Assembly (NCBI GenBank): GCA_051294905.1
Contig: CM119376.1
Span: 23,870,001 to 23,934,000, forward strand
Origin: Botryllus schlosseri
Lineage: Eukaryota
DNA: 64,000 nucleotides
Direction of reading: 5' to 3'
The notes below the pieces were generated by a model. That model did no database searches and was not told the origin of the DNA. It saw only the letters and a list, made by a program, of their open reading frames with translations. Shown here in pieces: positions 55,697-64,000 of the stretch (position 1 is its first letter; each line of letters starts with the position of its first letter). The position numbers were made by a program, and so were the translations under genes.

Positions 55697-58600
55697 ATTT
55701 GCAATAAACGTATATAAATGCTACAATATTAAACAAAATTGTTACTTTCGGGTTAATGTCAGCCAGTTTTCGAATTCACAGCGTCAACTGAGGTGAACGC
55801 CTACAATTTAGCTTCAGCATTGCTTCAGGCGAGTGATTATATGACATGAGAAACACGTGACCAATTTGAAAACTGTTACTCATACGAGATGCGATCACTT
55901 TTTGAATTTTAGGATGCACTTAACAATTGTGGAAATATATATGAGGGTTATGATTTAACGCTGAGTCCTGCTTTGACGTAATCAGATTGACCAACACGCA
56001 ACAGCAACTCCAAAATAAAATATTATAATACGAAGTAACGAATAACGATACTCACCACTCACGTTATCTGCATCGTTCAAAGCGGGATATTTTTAGATTC
56101 GTTACAAAGCCCAATTCGATCAACATCCTCAAGGAATTCTTTCTCAATTACATCGACACTCTCGAGGTGTCTGTGAGCCACCAACCAAGATCCTAACTAA
56201 TTGTCGAGTCGACATTCTTCTGTCGGTATAAATCACCCAATAATGTACAGTACAGGCCTACACTACGCACGAGAACATGGATTTTCGATTTGCTTTCAAA
56301 TGAACTTTAGTACACTAGCGAGTAGTGTGGGCTCATGTGATAAGAAATCGATTTAACTCGGATTTGAAGGATAGCTCCCTTACCACAGACCACACGTGCA
56401 TTTCGAAGAGGTAGGCTAAGCAACTGGTGTGCGATAGGATTCTTAAACGGGGGTCTACGGACCGTTAGGGGTTCGTGAAAGGGCAATGCACTTTCAAGCT
56501 ACCCAAAAACATATTATCATTCGACCGTGATGAATACCCTGACTAGTCATTGGATATATTATTCTAGGCTTGTAGTAGCCTAAATAAAGCTTAGGGTGAT
56601 ATGACCTTCCGGCGATCAGCTTCTGAAATTTTGAGGGTACGCGCAACCGCCCACAAAACTTGATTGGGTCCGCCGTCAAAAAAGTTTAAGAACCCCTGGA
56701 TATATATCACATCATAGAACACTATGATCACACACCACGAACATCTATTGCTCAGGTCGCAGCTGACAACATGACCTCGCGATCCAACCGTAATCTTCAT
56801 TCTACACTTCTCCTTCACTACTGTACTGTACAAGTTCACGTACAAGTGTGCACGTGCAGTCAAACAACCACCATATACTCAAACATTTTGTTCTGCACTT
56901 ACGAACGCCCACTAAAACTGCGCGCAATGTAGGACCACAAACCAAGGAATTCGCGACTATGCCCCTAGACACTACGCGCTAATAAGCCCCTAGCTTCGCG
57001 ACAGAATAACTAACGGTCCGAGCAATTTGTATTTGTATATCACAATCGGTTGAAGATATAAACAGGGAAGACGGTAAGACACCACACACCATAAGACGGT
57101 GGCACAAGGACGCCAGTATACACCACGCTCGGCAGAACGCAGGAGAGCGGGTCTATTGCATAAATCCAGCCGGTCACACCTCTTCAGAACCTTATCGCGG
57201 ATAAGACCGAGGCAATCATACCGGAAGCGTTGAAAGCCCATACGTATCGATTCCAAAACGTAACGGAAACGGTTGACTCTTCTGAAAACGGGTTAAAACC
57301 AAAACGCGAGAAACTGCATCAGAAATTCGGCGACAAAGAGTATTATCTCGCCGCCGAGTACACTCAAGCACGATATTGCACTTTACATGCAAATTGAAAC
57401 ATGGTCAGAAATCGAGCTTATTGCAACCGCCGATACCCGCGGCACGCCAGATGCCGGCGCGCCATACAGATATTGCCTCACACGACCGCGAGGGAACTAA
57501 ACACGAAATAGAAATTACCAAACGTCAAGATGAAAGGTAGTAAGAATCAAAATACCGTAGGATGCGACAAGATCCGTGTTCGGTGCAATAAATAACAAAG
57601 CACGCATCGCGCATAAGCGATGTCAACAGTACGTAATCAGCATGGCAGTACCACCAAAGTAAATACGCCTTTATACAGAGCGAAAAAGCGGGCTGCGATT
57701 CGGGTCCCAAGCACAGACAGAGTGCGGTTCCCGCGGATTTTCGCGACACAGGTCGCGTGGGTTGCGGCCCTCCGTCTTGACATCGTGACAGATGCATTTG
57801 CTGTTTCCCTGTCACACGCATCAATCACTTCATCTAGCTACTTCTCGGTTGGATATCAGGGGCGTGTGCATTGTATTGCATGAACACAAATGCGGTTTTC
57901 TACTACAAAATTACAAAATCCAGTATTTTAGAGCGATAGAGATGACCATTTGTGTCTTTTGTTTCGTATTCATGATATATTAATTGTGTTGTGGGTAAGT
58001 TCTCAAACTTGTAACTTTTGATTCACAACGGGGAGCTGCCAGAATATATTGAAGGTCAACATTATTAGCTATCAACTTAATTTTGAAGGCAGATGTACAT
58101 TCTTGGTGACGAATAGCAATGCTATTTCACGTTGGCGGTGCAGGAGGGCCGCAACAGTACCGAACAGAGTACGGGGAGAGGGAAATCTCACAGTATCCAG
58201 TACTGGCCTAGTGCAATGCTCGTGACGTAGAAATCAAGAAGCAACTGAAAACGTGGCAAGAAAGACCAATGATAATATCCGCACGGACAAAGAAATGGAA
58301 TCCGAAAATTCGCGCCTGCTCGCTACAACGAAAACTTCAACGCTATTATAATTCCATTATTTTTCTCTAGCTAAACGGGAACATTCAATACTGCAATACT
58401 TCATATAGAATACCTGATTTTGAAGATCGAACAACGTAGACACAAACGTCAAGCTGCACTCGTTAAAAGGGGTATCGTATAATACTATGATATCGAAAAT
58501 CTTAATAACTATGGTAGTTTTGCACGATTTTCAAGGCCCGCGCGATCGGTATTGCACCTGGATTAGATTTCAGACTGTTTTGCAACAAACGAATAATGGT

Positions 58601-58927
58601 CTCGGACTTGACCGACAGGTCACAGCCGTACGAATAAACGGTCTGCCGTTGGCTTGGAATGGAACATGGATAGCCGCGCAAGCAAAACAAAGTTAAATGA
58701 CGACACAGTTTCGATAGCAGACAGAGAGTACGGTAACAGCTCCGGACTCTGGCGAGCAATGGAATGAATGCGAGACAATGTTGAAAAAATACGGCCCGAC
58801 GAATTGTCGGGACAAAGGAATGCACAAATGCCGAAGAGCACACAAAATGAATCGAAGGAAGACGGCGATCCGCGATCTGCTTACGGGATGAAAAGCAGGG
58901 GTTTGCCCAGCGAGTAAAAACCGCGAC

Positions 58928-61900
58928 TCAAGCGTTAGTTCGCTTCTTGATGACCCAAGTCGCCTCTGGGTTGATTTTGGTCAGGGCGTACATGTTCGTT
59001 CCTGGATCCAGGCTGCGTTCGAAAATGTTGCCGCCTCGTTCGCAGAGCGCGTGCGTCTCGTTTGTGATGACGACGATGCTGAAAAAAAGTCAGCGATAAA
59101 AAATACGTGCAAACCCAAGGTGGTCAGTGATTTCGATTAGCCTGACCGCGAAATTTGGAATGTTGGTGACTAAAATATCAGTTCCAACGCATTGGCGTAG
59201 CCAGGGGCCAGCCGCATTCTTCGTAGATATTCGTATATGACCATGAAGTAGAATATTTCGCATATTCGCCGAAATCTTTGTTATTTATACGTCCAAGAGC
59301 CGAATAATCCTGTCATTGCCAAATTAGCCCAACGATATGTAGAGGCGACCCGCAATATATGCAAGTAACAATATTATTGGCAGAGTTCATTCGTTAACAT
59401 TGAAAAAATTTTGCGCCGCGCGCGGCTAAAACGTGGATCCGCACCGAATCTTCAAATGACTCGCGCAATGGTTCGTAAATCTCATGTGGCTCTTAGGCCG
59501 AAAAGGTTGGCCACCCCCTGTTCTATATTAATTGATTCAAGTCTGGTGCGTTAGGACCGATACTTGAAATAACTGCGCAGAAGCCCAATTTTTCCTGTGA
59601 GTGAGAAAAATTAGTATATCGTGAATGGGAGGCCTTTGAGATCATCCAAGAGTTTCACAGAAGCGAGGTGAACCTGTATTGAGCTCGGTAATGAACAGTG
59701 AACTCTATGACATCAACTCGGACTCGAGCCTCAACACTATCACCCGGACTCGACCTGTTGCTTCCCGACTTGGACTTGACTCAGTGCTGAAGTGGAAAAC
59801 TATAAAATTAAAATTGAGTTGTGACTCGGAACCTTGGTCGCAACCCTGCCGAAGGCGATTGGATTGCCACCAGAATGGAGAGTTGGTCAATGGTCATTGG
59901 TCAGTAACAACTTCACAGTGTACTCCACAGTGTTCTGTTTAAAAAGGGCAAACCTAGGCCTAGCATACTTACTTTTTTACTTAATTGGAGTACATATTTA
60001 CCCGGACTATGTAAACGAAGTGATTTTCTGAGCGAGATACAATCCTCCAGCTAGACTGCTTGTATTGTGTATGTCATCTGTCATTTTTGCCTTAGGCGTT
60101 GCTATTATTATACTGTATACTTCTAAGTTTGTTGCTGTCTTTGTTACGATGCGAATCTCACGGTTACGTCATATTCGGCCATGTTGGTTTCGCTTTTGAA
60201 TCTGTTCGAATCCCTTCATTACGGCCATATCGCTAGACAACATTATATAGATTAAAAACCAAATGGCACCAAACATCTAACCATGCAATTCGAACGTAGT
60301 TGCGACTAATTGTAAAATATAACAAGCGGTTGGATTCAGCCATTTGGTACCAGTTCTATGCTGTCCGATTCTGTCCTGTATGGCTTGACCACTGATGCTG
60401 CGAGGCGTAATATTTTTACACCCTGTTGCCGGTCAGCAAGGACTTTATCACCAGTTCACGAAAAATTCGTATGCTTTTACATAGCGATAAAAATTAAGGT
60501 AATCTCTTTAATCAAGACACACGTGGTACTGCCTTGCTGGGTGTGTGAATACTTTAGTAACAATATATTGTGAGATGTAATCAATGTCCAATGCAGATCA
60601 GTGAAAACAAATCATTTTGAAACTGGGCCGCAGATCAGGGTTGTAACCAAGTCACATGGCTCCGAGTCACAAGTCAATATCACTTTTATAGTTTTGACTC
60701 GAGTAAAGTCCGAGTCATTTTTAATTCACCACCGAGACAGGTCCGAGTCAAAGTCAGCGAGCAGAGGGTAGAGTCCGAGTCATGGTATTTTGACTCGAGA
60801 CCGAGTCCAAGTTATTGCGTTGACTGCTCAGTTTCGAGTTCAAGTCTTGTTAAAACCCCTTTTTCTACCTGTTTGGTGATATCGAATGGTTTCCACTTAA
60901 AATATACTAATCTTCCTCACTTTTAAGTTTCTGGTTGCATTTTCAAGTACCAGTACCGTACCAATAGGCGAAATACCAAGAGTGTGGTTACTTTACTATT
61001 CTTAGAAATTACAATGAAATGTCGATCTTGGCCGCCTGAGATTCGAGTCATATGACTTGGTGGGAGTCATGCGCAAGTCGAGTCATTTTCGTATTTTGAG
61101 AAAATGACTCTAGTCAAGTCGAGTCATCAGAAAATCGCGACTCGAGTCATTACAACCCTGCCGCAGATATTGGTCCGGAGAAGGAATTGACCAGATGACC
61201 ATCTGGTAGTGTCAACCTTTTTCCCCATACATCCATTAAACGATCTACCCGAGCGTTACGTTACCACGAGTACGTATCTGAAACTCACTCGCTAGCAGGC
61301 GACATCTGCTTCGCTCTTTCGCACTGCTTCTGAAACTTCGCGATCACGTCACCGGCGCTGCATTTTGCGTCCAGCTGCACCGCCATCGACGTCATGCTGT
61401 GATTCTCGACCAACACCCGAATGACGCCTTTCGGAACCTCGTACTGAACAAAAGAGGCACTTGCCAGAAATAGTCCAGGAGGACGGGCTACGCGACGGCA
61501 CTCACGTCAAACTGTTCGTTTCCTTGGGCTAACGGCGACCTGGACGCCTTCAGCTCTTTTGGATCTTTGGCTTTGCTGATTCCCGGGAATTTGATTCTCA
61601 GCTGTGAAATAGGAGGCATGTTGACGGCGTGTCGGAATTGTCAGTGATGCAGTCACGGGTTCGTATTTTCGATAAAAGTACCGAGTGATGATAAACGAAG
61701 AAGAACGTGATTGATAGTGATAGACAAAATTTCGGCAAATAACGAATGACCAATAAAGCACACGCACGTCTTCTATTTCAACTATTTCCTGATTTCTAAT
61801 GTCTTGCTATCCACACACAGTTACTGTATCAGAAAATACTGTGCCTAAAATCGAGCGTCAGTACCAAAACAGCTGGTTTCAATGAAAGTAATAACGGGAC

Positions 61901-63224
61901 ATAAATCCCAATGTCGAGGCGAGAGTAATTAAGATACAGAAAAATATGCTTGGAATTCAAAATCAAACACTTTGGTTCTCACTAACAAACTACGAGAATA
62001 CCAGAGGTAAGCAATCTGTGTAGTTCAGGGTCAGATGCATGAAGCATGCGGCTGATGTGGGAAAATCTTTCTGGCGAATAGCCTAAATACTTTGGAATGT
62101 CACTTATTATCGGTATTTCGGTAGATTCAAATAAAGCATTCATGCACATACTGGTAAGTAAGCAAATAGCACCATTGCTTGTCACCGGTTACGTTTTATG
62201 GAAACAAATCGCATACCAATCCCGATTGTTCGATTAATGTAAATTTGATAGGCATGGAAGTTTGGGACTCGTGACACAATCTCATGAAAAGTTGGCACAT
62301 CGACAAAACGAAACAACAAAATCAGGTGACCAGCGAAACAACACAGAAGCACGCTACCTTATCTCTGGTTTGACTTTGATGTTTTTTGCTGCTCTGCTCG
62401 GCCTGATTCATCTTTCGCACCTGAAATCAAATGTCGAATAGTCACCGTTTACATCGGTGATTCCCAAGCTTTTTAGGCTTGTGGCACACTACAGAAAACA
62501 TAAAACGCTTGCAGCACACTTACAAGAAAGTTACCCATAAAATATATTCACGTGGCAACACGATGGCTACACTCGTTTATCTGAACCTATACTCGACTGA
62601 GTCGAGGTTTAATTGTGGACAAACATACCCGCATTGCCGTTTTCGAAGCGGTGTCTCTCGGTTACGGCCTTTTATTTCATACAAACCGAAAATAAAAACA
62701 TATTCACATACCGATCATTAACTACCAGCCAATTTGTTTACAGAAAATCTTGAGTAGTATCGTTGAAGTGTAAATTGAAGTCCAGACAAAGAGCTTGGGA
62801 GTTGCGACACGATTTCTTCGCGACATAGCAGCCCAATTACGATGTTGACATTATGCACCGCTTATCGGCAAGGCCATGATTGGTTTCATGGACATATGGG
62901 CCTATATGATTATTTATCAGCTTTTGAAGAAGTTAGACTGCTTTCAAGTCGGATATACTTGTCTACAGAGCTTATCTACGTTTTCCAAAATCCCAGAAAG
63001 ACTCGCAGCACACCTGAGAATCTGTGGCAGCGCATTAGTGCGCCGCGGCACATGATTTGGGAATCATCATTACATTCTTCAACCGGATGGGAAAAGCGTA
63101 CCTGCGTCAGCATGAACGTGGGGACGGTCCATAAGAGCTTGTGGTACTTGATGAGCATTCTAACGATGTTGGAGGTCCCGGCTGCGTGTTTGACGTCCTG
63201 GTTAGCGGCGACGCCTTCAGCTCG
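58928..63224 (-). CDS. ARHGAP18: ARHGAP18/28/40-family RhoGAP, 3' part (5' exons outside the window); exons 63102-63224, 62358-62420, 61506-61601, 61289-61443, 58928-59078
   Basis: The spliced translation reads AAGTSNIVRMLIKYHKLLWTVPTFMLTQ|VRKMNQ...|...|YEVPKGVIRVLVENHSMTSMAVQL...|...LCERGGNIFERSLDPGTNMYALTKINPEATWVIKKRTNA*. This matches the ARHGAP18 C-terminus, and the splice phases agree. Confidence 0.88.
59585..59848 (+). mobile_element. hAT MITE family A-related partial copy (right half)
   Basis: GACTCGGACTCGAG motifs and a terminal GGTCGCAACCCTG. Confidence 0.6.
60636..61160 (-). mobile_element. hAT MITE family A, full copy (inverted)
   Basis: TIR CAGGGTTGTAA / TTACAACCCTG; TSD CCGCAGAT. 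Confidence 0.9.
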
Positions 63225-64000
63225 CTGTAAAGTGACGGGCGGACATGAAAATCAAATCAGTAACACAATCAAGTTTGGGTAGGGATGAAATTTTAAATGG
63301 ATGCAAGTGATGTGCATGAAGCACTTCAGCTTGCACATTCGACTAATCTTCGAAAATATTAAACGTATCTTTGAACCGCATCATTGCTGAAATGTCTGAC
63401 AGGGTCTTATGCCTGAAGCGATGCGACATGGTAGTGGGGTGTTCACTCCAAGCGTTGGAATGATAGAAAGTTTTTTTGCGAAGTCTTATAAAAATATTAC
63501 AACTAGAAAATTTTCAGCCTTTCAAAATTAGATTAGAATTAGAGCAACACAGCTTTTTCCAAAGTAGATTAGAATTAGAATATTTTCTTGGCTAGATCTG
63601 AAGCAATCATCCTGTTTTCTTGATGTAGCCGAGGGCATGAAAGTGAACAAGCCCGTGTTAACTATCTTTTTTTCTCTGGTGATGTTCTGTTTGCGATTGA
63701 AACTAGAACGTTGTTTGCAGACTGCAAGCTACTATGCTAGCATGGTTAGTATTTGTCGCGATAACTACCAGACATGACTGTACGGGGTAAGGAATGCGAT
63801 GGCGGTTTGGCACTGGATTTCTCTGCGCAAGAGGGATATTCTTGTTAACTATCAGGAAAATGACATGGACGGTGAAACATTTTCAGGAGATCAATAATTT
63901 AGATTAGAATTATAGAAACATGTAACACATTAGATTAGAATTAGATTATTAGATTAGAATTAGATTTTGCTCTAATTTAGTGAAATTAGACAAATAGAAT

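Noticed and set aside
60340-60390. Possible extra RhoGAP exon (DISGQAIQDRIGQHRT)
   Set aside because: It ends in phase 1 while the terminal exon needs phase 2. The 61289 donor splices in frame directly to 59078.

Overview
This is gene-dense, intron-rich, AT-rich animal genomic DNA. The short introns, TTAGGG-type repeats and gene content suggest a compact invertebrate chordate such as an ascidian, but that is inference. I spliced eight protein-coding genes by hand: PGAP3 (+, 5' end outside the window), ERO1-like (-), MAP9-like (+), PSMD13 (-), ODF3/CIMAP1-like (+), FAM8A1 (-), a ~1484-aa degenerate nucleotidyltransferase-fold/TPR protein (-), and the 3' part of an ARHGAP18/28-like RhoGAP (-). 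Introns and intergenic DNA carry at least 7 hAT-type MITE families with 8-bp TSDs, a Mutator-like element with opposed telomere-like arrays, an L2 LINE 3' end, a tRNA-derived SINE and four Penelope-like element (PLE) pieces. Four observations stand out. (1) The PLE ends carry a minimalist hammerhead ribozyme motif, including a TSD-flanked palindromic double-hammerhead insert in PSMD13 intron 1. (2) The ODF3-like gene has three paralogous 122-nt exons that only keep frame one at a time, plus two paralogous 93-nt terminal exons. (3) ERO1 has duplicated C-terminal exons, one ending in a KDEL-like PDEL. (4) The pseudo-nucleotidyltransferase-TPR gene has one 4.1-kb exon. All family assignments come from remembered motifs; no searches were run.
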